Below are positions 42,011 through 52,500 of a stretch of 64,000 nt of DNA, piece by piece. Within the stretch, counting starts at the first letter, position 1. The number at the start of each line of letters is the position of its first letter. Location of the stretch: assembly GCA_036574205.1 (NCBI GenBank), contig JAINCQ010000012.1, forward strand, positions 11,434 through 75,433. The letters run 5' to 3'. Made by a program: the position numbers and the translations under genes. The stretch is from Elusimicrobiota bacterium (GTDB lineage Bacteria; Elusimicrobiota; Elusimicrobia; Elusimicrobiales; UBA9959). The notes beneath the pieces are model-generated. The model did not search any database. It saw only the letters and a list, made by a program, of their open reading frames with translations, and had not been told where the DNA came from.

Positions 42011-42807
42011 TTTCGCCCTTCTATATATAACGAACTACAACCTTTATATGGAAATCCATTTGTATCTGAGTCAAGAAAATAAGAATTAAAATTTTGAATC
42101 TGGCTTTGATTATAAGCCATTCTCTTGATATCTAAGTATCCACACTCAGTTAATATTTTGGAGAGAGAATAGGTATCATACATCCAGCAGTGTTTTTCAC
42201 CTATTGAGGTATTTACAAAAATCAAATCTCTAATATCAGATGGTATCAAATATTTAATCAACTTCAAATACAAATATAATATTTTATTCTTGACTTTATC
42301 AAAGGAAAAATTCATTAAGTCCTTTTTAAAATTGTTTTCTAATAGCCTTTCTCCAACTCTATCCTGTATATACCTGGCTAATACAAGATTTTTCTCCTTT
42401 TTCACATTATTATAAATATCAATCATTTCACCACCAGGCTTATTTCGCACCATCTGGTCAAGGAGTTCAAGAATTATCCATTCATACCTTTCTTTATAAT
42501 CTTCATTATTAATATTTTCTAATATTTTTAAATACTCTCTCGCTATATTTTCCAAATCAGGTACTACAACTCTTAAAATACCACCAGGTTTTAAAACTCT
42601 ATAAATTTCTTTTAATACAAAAACTGCTTTATTTTTTGGCAAATGCTCCAGAAAATGGCTTGTGTAAACTGCATCAAAGGTATTTGATTCAAAATCTAAC
42701 CCTTTTAAAATATTAACTCTAATCACAGATGAAGAATTACTATGAAAATCTATATTTATCCAATCTTTGTGAAATCTATCTCCACAAGCAAGATTAAGAA
42801 GTCTCAT
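42007..42807 (-). CDS. Class I SAM-dependent methyltransferase
   Basis: LNLACG, SHFLEH, RVLKPGGILRVVVPD, SLYIEG. Start placed at ATG 42807. Confidence 0.85.
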   Translation of the reverse strand: MRLLNLACGDRFHKDWINIDFHSNSSSVIRVNILKGLDFESNTFDAVYTSHFLEHLPKNKAVFVLKEIYRVLKPGGILRVVVPDLENIAREYLKILENINNEDYKERYEWIILELLDQMVRNKPGGEMIDIYNNVKKEKNLVLARYIQDRVGERLLENNFKKDLMNFSFDKVKNKILYLYLKLIKYLIPSDIRDLIFVNTSIGEKHCWMYDTYSLSKILTECGYLDIKRMAYNQSQIQNFNSYFLDSDTNGFPYKGCSSLYIEGRK

Positions 42808-42811
42808 AATT

Positions 42812-43717
42812 TTATCCTTTCTTATATACAGCAACAATCGTATGACCCTTAGGAAGCATCTCCTTAACTAAACCCTTAGCTAAAACCTTTGCCACAAGAG
42901 AAGCCAATTTAGTTACAATACTTCTTTTAAAGTTTATATCTAACAATTTTGGGGTTAAAATTGAATTGGTTACAAGAGTCTGTAAGTAAAGATTTTTATG
43001 TATAGCTTGAAGATTTTCATGATATATATCTTTAAGTTCTAAGTTAAAATTACTGGCAATACTCTTTAAAGAGTGAACACTCCATCTAGTTATATGATGA
43101 GGTGGAAGATTCATAATTTCATTGGTGGAAAATTTTAAAAATGAATCTTCAGAAGGCACACTAATTATTAGTAGACCATTTTGTTTAAGTGTTTTCAATG
43201 CTGATTCTAAAAAAGACCTTGGATTAAAAACATGCTCTAAAACTTGAAAACAAACAACAATATTAAAATTTTCCACGTTCTTTTTAGAAAATTCTTCAAT
43301 TGATTCTTCCCTTATATCAATCCCTTTTTCTCTTCCGGTGTTAATTGCTTTTTTATTTAATTCAATACCTATATATTTCTTGGGTCTAATATATTGTATA
43401 AAAGCTCCTCTTCCACAACCAATCTCAAGTACTGTATCTTGAAGATTTACATATTTTGCTGAGTATCTATATTCTTCTTTATCATCCATATAATACCATT
43501 CAAACCTTTGTAAGGAATTATAAAACTCTTCATCACCTCCAACCACCGGATAATAAAATCTAAGTCTGCAATCCATACATTCATATAAAATTATATCGTC
43601 TGAGATAAGATATGATAAATCTTTTTTTATTAGTTTAAACCAAAGTCTTATAAGATCTTTGCGATCAATAAAATCAACTTTTATTATTTTTTTAGAATGA
43701 CATAAGATACAATTCAT
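42812..43717 (-). CDS. Class I SAM-dependent methyltransferase with N-terminal Zn-ribbon
   Basis: CILC...CMDC, LEIGCG, FQVLEH, PPHH. Confidence 0.85.
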   Translation of the reverse strand: MNCILCHSKKIIKVDFIDRKDLIRLWFKLIKKDLSYLISDDIILYECMDCRLRFYYPVVGGDEEFYNSLQRFEWYYMDDKEEYRYSAKYVNLQDTVLEIGCGRGAFIQYIRPKKYIGIELNKKAINTGREKGIDIREESIEEFSKKNVENFNIVVCFQVLEHVFNPRSFLESALKTLKQNGLLIISVPSEDSFLKFSTNEIMNLPPHHITRWSVHSLKSIASNFNLELKDIYHENLQAIHKNLYLQTLVTNSILTPKLLDINFKRSIVTKLASLVAKVLAKGLVKEMLPKGHTIVAVYKKG

Positions 43718-44619
43718 AAAAATTTTCTTATTTTATTTATAACCCTTTTTATAACACATTCTGAAGCAAAAACATACTTAAAAGTAAATTTATCCGCCTC
43801 AAAATCTCTTTCAAGTTTTTGAGGATGTTTTTGTACCACAAGTTCTTTAATGGGTAAATTTGAATACCACTTCTCTAACTGCGTATGTGTCCCTCCAAAA
43901 TTAAATCCTATATTTGAAACCATATTAACATTAGGTAACACACAGAGCCATTTATTAAACCAAAATGTAAATGTCCATTGATAATCCCAAGTATCTATTT
44001 CCATTCTTTTCATCCTCCAGAAAATTTTCCTCCAATACCTTAATTCTGTGCCTTTATGAAGTTTTTCAAGAAAATTATCATCATTTATATTTTTTAGCTC
44101 AAAGTCATATTTTTCCCATCTATTTCTCCAGGTAGCCCACCCCCATATATGATTGTAAATGGAAAAATAATAATCCCCTTCACCCCTCCAATTACCTTTT
44201 TGAAAATTACAACCACTAATCTGCCCAACTCTCATATCATTTCTATATCTCTTTAAAAGATCTTCACAAAATCTAAAAAAACTCAAACTCGGAAATGTAT
44301 CATCCTCAAGTATAATCCCCTCTTCCTCATTTTCAAAAAACCAGGTAATAGCGCTACTTACAGCTTTTCCACATCCCAAATTCTTTTCTCTAAAAAGTGT
44401 CTTTACTTCGCATTTCCAATCAATGTTATTTAAAACAAATTCCCTTACTTCTCTTACTTCTTTTACCTCATCTAAAATATTTTCTCTTGGACCATCTGCT
44501 GCAATATACAATCTCGGTGGCTTGACCTTTTTTATTTGCCAAAAAACCTTTTTAGTAGTAGTGATTCTGTTAAAAACTAAAAAGAGCACCGGAATACTAA
44601 TATTACTATAAGATTCCAT
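43714..44619 (-). CDS. Nucleotide-diphospho-sugar transferase (GT2-like)
   Basis: PVLFLVFNR, ADGPR, NLGCG, IILEDD, WGWATW, TWDYQW, SNIGF. Start placed at ATG 44619. Confidence 0.85.
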   Translation of the reverse strand: MESYSNISIPVLFLVFNRITTTKKVFWQIKKVKPPRLYIAADGPRENILDEVKEVREVREFVLNNIDWKCEVKTLFREKNLGCGKAVSSAITWFFENEEEGIILEDDTFPSLSFFRFCEDLLKRYRNDMRVGQISGCNFQKGNWRGEGDYYFSIYNHIWGWATWRNRWEKYDFELKNINDDNFLEKLHKGTELRYWRKIFWRMKRMEIDTWDYQWTFTFWFNKWLCVLPNVNMVSNIGFNFGGTHTQLEKWYSNLPIKELVVQKHPQKLERDFEADKFTFKYVFASECVIKRVINKIRKFL

Positions 44620-44620
44620 T

Positions 44621-44998
44621 CTATTTAACTCTCCATATGTCAATTTTATTTTTCGTTATTCTATGAGATAAAACATTCAACCACTTTGCATTTTTTTTAA
44701 CATAAAAAATATGATTTATATATTTGTCTATTAAAAAAACATCACCTTTTTTAAATCTATATTTTTCAATCTTTCCAGACAATTTGCCATTTTTCAAAAC
44801 CTTTTCCACCACAACATCTATTTCTCCTTCAAGAATTATAAAAATTTCTCTTATACGTCTATGATAATGATTCCCCCTTACACTGCCTTTTTTTGATGTT
44901 ATAATATTAATCTCCTCCCATCTACCCTTATTTATTAATCCACTAAATTTCCCCCTTTTATCGCTAAATTCAAAATAACTTTTTAATATTCTTATCAT
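44621..44998 (-). CDS. Cupin-fold sugar epimerase/isomerase-like protein
   Basis: FSDKRG, VRGNHYH...E cupin motif, YINH. Start at ATG 44998. Confidence 0.75.
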   Translation of the reverse strand: MIRILKSYFEFSDKRGKFSGLINKGRWEEINIITSKKGSVRGNHYHRRIREIFIILEGEIDVVVEKVLKNGKLSGKIEKYRFKKGDVFLIDKYINHIFYVKKNAKWLNVLSHRITKNKIDIWRVK

Positions 44999-45837
44999 AC
45001 CATCTCCTTCCTCAACCATTCTTCAAGGGGAAAGATCCATTTATCCTTACAAAAATCAGACTGAATAAGAGAATAATCAAAGAATGTCTTGTTTTCAACC
45101 GGGATAATATCTGCTATGCTTGATTTGACCATAGTCTTTAACAGTAAGCCAAACTCATATCTAGAAATTCTTCTATCACCACATGCATGAATTATGCCAT
45201 ATCTTTTCTCTTCAACAACCTTTAAAACAATTTCATTAAAAAAATTTAAAGGCGTTGGAGTAAAAAAGTTATTAGTGTAAAGCTCAATCTTTTCATTATT
45301 TTTTATCTTATCTAAAAGCCATCCCCAAAATACCCCATCTCTCCCCATAACAGCAGATGTTCTCAATATCGTAAATTTATCTACTTTAAAATCAAATAAT
45401 ATATTCTCTGCCATAAATTTAGAAACTCCATAGAATGTTGTTGGACAAGGCAAATCGGTATCTTTATAAAATCCTCTTTTACCATCGAAAACATAGTCAG
45501 TAGATATATATATTATATGAGAATTAAAACCAAGTTTTTTATAAATTTTTAACAAGTTCTCCATAGGATAAAAATTTATTTTTTTCGCAAATTCAAAATT
45601 TTTTTCACATCCAGAAACATCCTTAAACCCTGCAGCCCAGATTATAAAATCTGGTGAAATTTCTATTAATAACCTTTCAATTTCTTCAGGGCTGGTAATA
45701 TCAAGATACAACATTTTATTATCCTTCTTTTGACTATAATACGTTCCAAATATTTCATAATTCAATCTACTCTTTAAAAAATTAAACAAAGCATTACCTA
45801 TAAAACCCGAGGCCCCAACAATTAAAATTTTCATCAC
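44995..45837 (-). CDS. RmlD-like NDP-4-keto-sugar reductase (SDR)
   Basis: VGASGFIG, ISTDYVFDG, YGVSK, ILRTS. Confidence 0.85.
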   Translation of the reverse strand: MMKILIVGASGFIGNALFNFLKSRLNYEIFGTYYSQKKDNKMLYLDITSPEEIERLLIEISPDFIIWAAGFKDVSGCEKNFEFAKKINFYPMENLLKIYKKLGFNSHIIYISTDYVFDGKRGFYKDTDLPCPTTFYGVSKFMAENILFDFKVDKFTILRTSAVMGRDGVFWGWLLDKIKNNEKIELYTNNFFTPTPLNFFNEIVLKVVEEKRYGIIHACGDRRISRYEFGLLLKTMVKSSIADIIPVENKTFFDYSLIQSDFCKDKWIFPLEEWLRKEMV

Positions 45838-47204
45838 CCTATCCTTTTCATAACAGTATCCTTTGATCCATCATATGATTTATAATCTTTTAAAATTTCC
45901 ACATCCACTTTAGATTTTAACTCTTCATAAAGTCTTGTGCCTGGAAAAGGAGCGCAGCTGGCTATCTGATAACTTCTAAAAATATTGCTTTCTGAAAAAC
46001 CCATAGCTTTCAATATTTTCATATCCTCATTATGAATCTCTTCGCTTTGACCCGGTAAATCCTTCATCATCGTCAAATGAATCATTAATCCTGGATATTT
46101 TTTAGAAATACGGTTTAATGTAGATTTAAAGTCAATTCTTTCTATTCCCTTATTAATTCTCCTCAATACATCCAAATTAAAAGTTTCTACTCCAAACCTC
46201 ATTCCCACACATCCGCTATCTACCATCTTATCAAAAAGCCAATCAGGAGAAATATCAATTCTACCCATCATAGTCCATGGTAAACCTATTTTCTTAAGAT
46301 AATCACACAACAAAGATATTCTTTCTGTACCAATATTAAATGTATCATCGTCAAAAAATATGCTTTTAAAACCATATTTTCTAATACATTCATTAATCTC
46401 TTCATATACCTTTTGAGGCCTTCTTAAAGAAACTACCCCATGATACATAATCTGTGGCCACATACAAAAAACACATCTAAAAGGACATCCTTTACTTGAA
46501 TATATCTGAAGTTGTGGTCTTTTTGTTGGCATAGTAGGGTCATAGTATTTAGTGGCTGATTTATAATCTCTGAAAGGAAAAGGAATACTATCAAGATCTT
46601 CTACAACTTTTGAAGGATAAACCCCTTCCTTCCTGCTCTTTACAAGCTCATACGTGTTCAGTATGTACTCCCCACAAAGGAAATATTTTATTTCAGGAGC
46701 ATTATGCTGTATTTCTTTAATAGTCTCTTCATTTAAATGGCTACCTGCAAGCGCAACCTTGAAAAATTTAGCAACTTTTTTTGCAAACCATACATCTATA
46801 TCTATTGTTGGAGTTGAACACTCAGCAATCACTATATCAGGAGCTTCTTTTTTAATTTTATCTAAAAACTTATCATAATCGTATTCTTCCTCTGCTACAG
46901 CATCCAATATATTAACCTCAAATCCCTTTGAACGTAAATAAGAAGCAGCATAAGCCATGATAAATGGGTAATGAAGTGCACCAGGAGGTATTTCCATAGT
47001 CCATGGCCATCTTGAACCAGCCCTTACACCATATCTCACTCCTTTTCCAAGCCCATAATACTTATTCAAGAATTTAAATAGCCTATATACACCAGGAATC
47101 TTTCTATAAAAAGATTTAAAAACAAAACCCTTTATCTTAAAATCATTTTCAGGTGAAGAATTATCATCTCTAATAACCGGCGGATTTATAAAAAGCACTT
47201 TCAT
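45834..47204 (-). CDS. Radical SAM protein with B12-binding-like N-terminal domain (HpnJ-like)
   Basis: KVLFINPP, RAGSRWP, YPFIMAYAAS, SKGCPFRCVFC (CX3CX2C), FFDDDTF, FGVET, PFPGT. Confidence 0.8.
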   Translation of the reverse strand: MKVLFINPPVIRDDNSSPENDFKIKGFVFKSFYRKIPGVYRLFKFLNKYYGLGKGVRYGVRAGSRWPWTMEIPPGALHYPFIMAYAASYLRSKGFEVNILDAVAEEEYDYDKFLDKIKKEAPDIVIAECSTPTIDIDVWFAKKVAKFFKVALAGSHLNEETIKEIQHNAPEIKYFLCGEYILNTYELVKSRKEGVYPSKVVEDLDSIPFPFRDYKSATKYYDPTMPTKRPQLQIYSSKGCPFRCVFCMWPQIMYHGVVSLRRPQKVYEEINECIRKYGFKSIFFDDDTFNIGTERISLLCDYLKKIGLPWTMMGRIDISPDWLFDKMVDSGCVGMRFGVETFNLDVLRRINKGIERIDFKSTLNRISKKYPGLMIHLTMMKDLPGQSEEIHNEDMKILKAMGFSESNIFRSYQIASCAPFPGTRLYEELKSKVDVEILKDYKSYDGSKDTVMKRIG

Positions 47205-48169
47205 TAATAAATCTCCATAATATAATTAACCAACCTTTCGCTTATAACATCAATAGTATTGTTTTTAATAACATATGCATATCCCCTTTCAGCTATTTCT
47301 TTTCTTTCTTTCTCGTTGTTTAAGTAGTATTTTATTTTTTCCACCATATCATCATCTCCATCCGTAAAAACCATACAATCGCCCATAAGTTTCATTGCAG
47401 TTTCAGTTTTATCCGTAATTAGAAAACCTTTACATGCAATGACCTCATAGGTCCTTAACGTTATTACATCCCAATCAACACAATCTTGCGTAGTGCAATT
47501 TATATTAATCTTAGTACTTGAGTAAAGAAATGGTAAATCTTCTTGAGGAATTTTACCTCTTGAAACTTGAGAAAGGATTTTTTTATATTCTGGAACCTTT
47601 TTAAAATTTCTCCAGAATCTAAAACGATATTTAGAAGGCTTCCAATTTCCAAACAATCCAAAATTAAAATTTAAGGCTGGCATAATATATTTCCTAGTTC
47701 TATATTCCCCCTTAATATCATTTCCAACATAACACACCTCAAATTCAAACTCTTTTCTTACAGGTCTTGGATAAAAGAATTCAGTATCTACCCCAAAAGG
47801 AAGATATATCCCTTTATAGCCCTTGTTTATATGCATATCACATATCTTTTTTGAAATAAAAGCATACCCATCATACCCTATCTTTTCAAATCTAATTAAG
47901 GCATTATCCGAACCTTCTGCATAAGCATTTTGCATATAAAGCACATGCCTTTTAGCAAGTTTCTCGATAGGCAAGGTATCGTTTAAATATATTAAAACAT
48001 CCAGTCTTTTAGAAGGTAAATAATTAGGGGCATACAAATCAACTTTTATGTCCGGAAATTTTTTTGAAATACTTTTAATAAGAGAATTTGCATATAACTC
48101 ATCACCAATTACATTGCCTTTCAAATATCCTAAATCTTTAGGCCATTTAATATAAAAACCTATGTTCAT
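47204..48169 (-). CDS. CgeB/YkvP-like glycosyltransferase (GT-B)
   Basis: LPFGVD, YVGN, YSSTKININ, RTYEVIAC, YYLNNEKERKEIA. Confidence 0.8.
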   Translation of the reverse strand: MNIGFYIKWPKDLGYLKGNVIGDELYANSLIKSISKKFPDIKVDLYAPNYLPSKRLDVLIYLNDTLPIEKLAKRHVLYMQNAYAEGSDNALIRFEKIGYDGYAFISKKICDMHINKGYKGIYLPFGVDTEFFYPRPVRKEFEFEVCYVGNDIKGEYRTRKYIMPALNFNFGLFGNWKPSKYRFRFWRNFKKVPEYKKILSQVSRGKIPQEDLPFLYSSTKININCTTQDCVDWDVITLRTYEVIACKGFLITDKTETAMKLMGDCMVFTDGDDDMVEKIKYYLNNEKERKEIAERGYAYVIKNNTIDVISERLVNYIMEIY

Positions 48170-48177
48170 TTAATTCT

Positions 48178-49512
48178 CTATTTCGTTCTCTTAAAATAAT
48201 CAAAATAAAAAAGTGACTTAAAAACTATAGCAGGATATCTCGCATCAACTTTGAAATATACTGGTACAACAAACCCTGATATAATCTGCGCTATTATAGT
48301 AGCGAATGCCGCTCCTTTAATACCAAACCTATCTATTAATAAAAAGTTTAGAAAGATATTTGATCCAGCACCTATTAATGTAGCAATTAGAGAATTAGTT
48401 TGCTTATTATTAACCACCACTATTCTGCCGGTTATTGCTCCAAAAGCTATAAGCACACTATTCCATATCAGTATCATCAAGACATCTTTAGCTGCATAAT
48501 AAGGCATACCATATAACTTGACAATTACGAAAGTACTTAAGAATGTGATTATTACAGACAATATTATAAACGCCCAACCTATAAAACCATAAAGGTTAAG
48601 GATTCTTTGATAATATAAGTTAATATCCACTTTCTTAGCATTTACAATAGCTGGGAAAACTGAGGTAGTTATAATCGTAGGTATAAAATACCAGATCTCA
48701 CTCAATCTAACAGCTGCTGAATAAAGTCCAACTGATTTTTCGCCAAGCATATACTTTATCATTACCTGGTCAATCCTCATATATACCATTATAGCAAAAG
48801 AACTTAAAATTAATGGCCAGCTTTCCTTCAAAAAAACTTTAGCTATATTTTTATCAAAGTATTTTAAGAAATTTTTAGCAAAAGGCACATATCTCCTATA
48901 AACAATAAATAAAGATATTGAAAGTGTAATTATATCCAGCAATGTCACCAAAACAAACCAGAACAAATCTGCTTTAATTAAAATTAAATATACCTTAATA
49001 ATTGAAGAAATAAATAGTTGAATCATCTTTGATATGGAAACAAATTTTGCAAGAACTCTACTCTGGAAATAAAAATCTATAACTTCAAATGATTGAAAAA
49101 ACATTCCTAAAGAAATTATAAGAATATAGATATTTGTCTGTTTATCATTGCCGGCAAAAAAAAGAATTACAACAACTATTAAAAATGAAATACCACTACC
49201 AAAAAACTTAAGCCAGAATGATGTTCCAAGATATAGCTCAGCCTTTAAAGGTTCTTTAACAAGTTCACGTACTACTATAGAATCAAGCCCTAATTTTGAG
49301 ATAGACAAAAAAATTGATGAAAAAGCAAGAGCATAACTAAAAATCCCAAATTTTTCAGGACCTAAATATCTTGCAACCCACACCCCAACAAAAAAACCTG
49401 CTATAAGCCTTAATATGTTTTCTGCAAAAAGCCATATAGTATTTTTTGCATATCTTCTAAAACCTTCATAGCTTATTATTTCTTCGAGTCTTAACTTTAT
49501 TTCATCAATCAT
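48178..49512 (-). CDS. wzx: Wzx-type polysaccharide flippase
   Basis: NTIWL, VARYLGPEKFG, SWPL, RIDQVMI, VGLYSAAVRL, GIKGAAFAT. About 12 TM. Confidence 0.9.
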   Translation of the reverse strand: MIDEIKLRLEEIISYEGFRRYAKNTIWLFAENILRLIAGFFVGVWVARYLGPEKFGIFSYALAFSSIFLSISKLGLDSIVVRELVKEPLKAELYLGTSFWLKFFGSGISFLIVVVILFFAGNDKQTNIYILIISLGMFFQSFEVIDFYFQSRVLAKFVSISKMIQLFISSIIKVYLILIKADLFWFVLVTLLDIITLSISLFIVYRRYVPFAKNFLKYFDKNIAKVFLKESWPLILSSFAIMVYMRIDQVMIKYMLGEKSVGLYSAAVRLSEIWYFIPTIITTSVFPAIVNAKKVDINLYYQRILNLYGFIGWAFIILSVIITFLSTFVIVKLYGMPYYAAKDVLMILIWNSVLIAFGAITGRIVVVNNKQTNSLIATLIGAGSNIFLNFLLIDRFGIKGAAFATIIAQIISGFVVPVYFKVDARYPAIVFKSLFYFDYFKRTK

Positions 49513-50576
49513 TTATTTAATAATTCAAGATATTCTTTATATGATTGTTTTATGCCTTCTTCAAGCGTTATCTCTGGCTTCCATCCCAATCCCTTTAATT
49601 TGCTTACATCAAGGAGTTTTTTGGGTGTTCCATCAGGCTTTGTTGTATCATATCTTATCTCACCATTAAAACCAACTATTCTCCTTATCATCTCAGCCAG
49701 ATCTTTAAGCATTATATCCTCTCCACTCCCTATATTTATCAACTCCCCAATATCTTTATAATCATAATTTTCCATTATAAACACACAAGCCCTCACCATG
49801 TCTCTTACATGAAGAAACTCTCTATAAACCTTGCCAGTTCCCCATATTAATACATAATCAGAATAAACTCCAATAGAATTTAAAACCTTAACAATACTTT
49901 TTTCACTATTATAGTTTATCTCCTTATCAAGTCCAAAACCAATTGGATTTTTCTTTAAATCTCTAACTATCCCATCAAAATCTCTTTTAGAAAGCAGATT
50001 AGCTAAATGAAATTTTCTTATCAAGGCTGGCAAAACGTGTGAGGTTTCTAAATTATATTTATCTCCTTTCCCATAAAGATTTGTTGGCATAACAGAAATA
50101 AAATTTGTTCCATACTGCGCATTATAATATCTACAAAGCTTTATAGCAGCTATCTTAGCAACGGCGTAGGCTTCATTAGTTGGCTCTAAATAACCACTTA
50201 ATAAATACTCCTCTTTTAATGGCTGAGGAGCAAGTTTTGGATAAATGCAGGATGAGCCTAAGTTTAAAAGTTTCTTTACTCCATATTTATAGGCTGAATG
50301 AATTATATTAAGTGAAATTGCAAGATTATCATATATAAATTGAGCTGGATAGGTACTATTTGCTAAAATTCCACCAACCCTTGCTGCCGCCAAGATAACA
50401 TATTCAGGTTTGTTTTTTTCAAAAAAATCTTCAGTATCTTTTTGCCTTGTAAGATCAAGATCTTTACTCGTCGAGTAAATTAGATTGGTATAACCTTTTT
50501 CTTTCAAAAATTCAAAAATATTGCTACCAACCAGTCCCCTATGACCAGCAATATAAACTTTAGAATATTTATTCAT
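49509..50576 (-). CDS. fcl: GDP-L-fucose synthase
   Basis: AGHRGLVGS, AARVGGI, LGSSCIYPK, YAVAK, MPTNLYG, SHVLPAL, WGTG...REFLHV, KPDGTP. Confidence 0.93.
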   Translation of the reverse strand: MNKYSKVYIAGHRGLVGSNIFEFLKEKGYTNLIYSTSKDLDLTRQKDTEDFFEKNKPEYVILAAARVGGILANSTYPAQFIYDNLAISLNIIHSAYKYGVKKLLNLGSSCIYPKLAPQPLKEEYLLSGYLEPTNEAYAVAKIAAIKLCRYYNAQYGTNFISVMPTNLYGKGDKYNLETSHVLPALIRKFHLANLLSKRDFDGIVRDLKKNPIGFGLDKEINYNSEKSIVKVLNSIGVYSDYVLIWGTGKVYREFLHVRDMVRACVFIMENYDYKDIGELINIGSGEDIMLKDLAEMIRRIVGFNGEIRYDTTKPDGTPKKLLDVSKLKGLGWKPEITLEEGIKQSYKEYLELLNK

Positions 50577-50730
50577 AAAAACTCCAGAAATTTTCTATTA
50601 ACATATTCCTGTGCTTTTAATTTTTATTAACATTTACTATTTTAGCATTTTTTAACAAGCCAGAGTTTGATTAATTTTGTAATTCCAAACTATATTGGTT
50701 TGATCTTAATAAGTTAATTATAATATCATT

Positions 50731-52500
50731 ATGATCAGTTTCTTGCCTATAACTGTAGAAGAAGTGAAAAGACTAAATTGGGATTATGTTGATGTTGTTT
50801 TAATAACCCCTGATGCTTATGTGGATCATCCAGGTTTTTCTATGGCTATTATTGGAAGGGTAATAGAATCATATGGATATAGGGTAGCTATTTTATCCCA
50901 ACCAGACTATAAAGATATAAAAGAATTTAAAAAATTTGGAAAACCAAGGCTATGCTTTGCTATATCCGGCGGGAATATGGATTCAATGATAAATAAGTAT
51001 ACACACAATAAAAAACGACGTTCGGAAGATGATTATTCTCCCGGAGGGAAACCTTCTAAAAGGCCTGATAGAACAACTATCGTTTATTCCAACACAGCTA
51101 AAATGGCTTATAACGATGTCCCTATCATAATTGGTGGTATAGAAGCCACTATGAGAAGATTTGTTCATTATGACTTCTGGAGTGACACTATAAAAAAACC
51201 AATACTCCTTGACTCAAAAGCAGATTTACTTGTATATGGAATGGCTGAAAAGTCAATAATTGAAATACTCCAAAGGCTAAAAAACGGTGAAGATATAAGA
51301 AAAATAAGAGATATAAGAGGGACTGTTTTTAAATTAGGAGAAAAAGAAATAGCTAACTATTTAAACCAACAGGACATAATAGTACTTCCATCTTTTGAAG
51401 AAATAATAAAAGACAAGGACAATTTCTTAAAAATGACAAAAATAGTTTATGAAAATTTAAATCCTTACTTGGCTAAAACACTGATTCAGATTTCAGACAC
51501 TCGCGCAATAGTTTCAAATCCACCACAATTACCTCTTACCACAGAGGAAATTGATAGGATATATGATCTTCCATTTACATATAAACCTCATCCATATTAT
51601 AAAGAAAAAATACCAGCATATGAGACAGTAAAAAACTCTATTGTAATACATAGAGGATGTTTTGGAGGATGCAGTTTTTGTTCTCTTGCTTTCCATCAAG
51701 GAAAATTTATACAGAGTAGAAGCGAAAATTCAATAATTAAAGAAATAGAAAAACGCTCTAAAAATAAAAAGATTACTATAACGGATCTGGGTGGACCTTC
51801 AGCAAATATGTATAAAATATCTGCTAAAGACTTTGAAATATGCAAAAAATGCTCTAAAACTTCCTGTCTTCATCCTAAAATATGTAATAACCTTAACCTT
51901 GATTTTAAACCACTTTTAGACCTGATGAGAAAAGTAAAACATCATAAAAATGTAAAAAAAGTATTCATTGCAAGTGGGATTAGAATGGACCTTGCTTTAA
52001 AATGCCCTGAGTATATAAAAGAAATAGCCTATTATCATACCAGTGGACAATTAAAAGTTGCGCCAGAACATACTCAAAAAAACATTTTAGATTTAATGAA
52101 AAAACCAAATATTGAAGCCTTTATTGAATTTAAAAAGAACTTTAATGAATTTTCTAGGCACGCAAATAAAGAGCAATATTTAGTAACATATTTTATTTCT
52201 GCTTTTCCAGGAACAACTTTAAATGATGCTATAGATATGGCAATTTTTTTAAAAAAGAACAACATCAAACCTCTTCAAATAAACGATTTTCTTCCAGCAC
52301 CCGGGGAATATGCTACAGCAATGTATCTATGCCAGAAGGATTTACAAACTGGCAAAAAAATATATGTTCCCCAAAAAGAATCGGAAAGGAAACTTCATAG
52401 AGCATTGCTACAATATTTTAAAAAAGAAAACATTCCTTTAATTATAAAAGCTTTAAAAGTTACAAATAGAACTAATCTAATAAAATTTTTTCTCCACTAA
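50731..52500 (+). CDS. ygiQ: YgiQ family radical SAM protein
   Basis: DAYVDHP, GNMDSM, GGIEA, HRGCFGGCSFC, DLGGPSANMY, LKVAPEH, PLQINDF. Confidence 0.9.
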   Translation: MISFLPITVEEVKRLNWDYVDVVLITPDAYVDHPGFSMAIIGRVIESYGYRVAILSQPDYKDIKEFKKFGKPRLCFAISGGNMDSMINKYTHNKKRRSEDDYSPGGKPSKRPDRTTIVYSNTAKMAYNDVPIIIGGIEATMRRFVHYDFWSDTIKKPILLDSKADLLVYGMAEKSIIEILQRLKNGEDIRKIRDIRGTVFKLGEKEIANYLNQQDIIVLPSFEEIIKDKDNFLKMTKIVYENLNPYLAKTLIQISDTRAIVSNPPQLPLTTEEIDRIYDLPFTYKPHPYYKEKIPAYETVKNSIVIHRGCFGGCSFCSLAFHQGKFIQSRSENSIIKEIEKRSKNKKITITDLGGPSANMYKISAKDFEICKKCSKTSCLHPKICNNLNLDFKPLLDLMRKVKHHKNVKKVFIASGIRMDLALKCPEYIKEIAYYHTSGQLKVAPEHTQKNILDLMKKPNIEAFIEFKKNFNEFSRHANKEQYLVTYFISAFPGTTLNDAIDMAIFLKKNNIKPLQINDFLPAPGEYATAMYLCQKDLQTGKKIYVPQKESERKLHRALLQYFKKENIPLIIKALKVTNRTNLIKFFLH

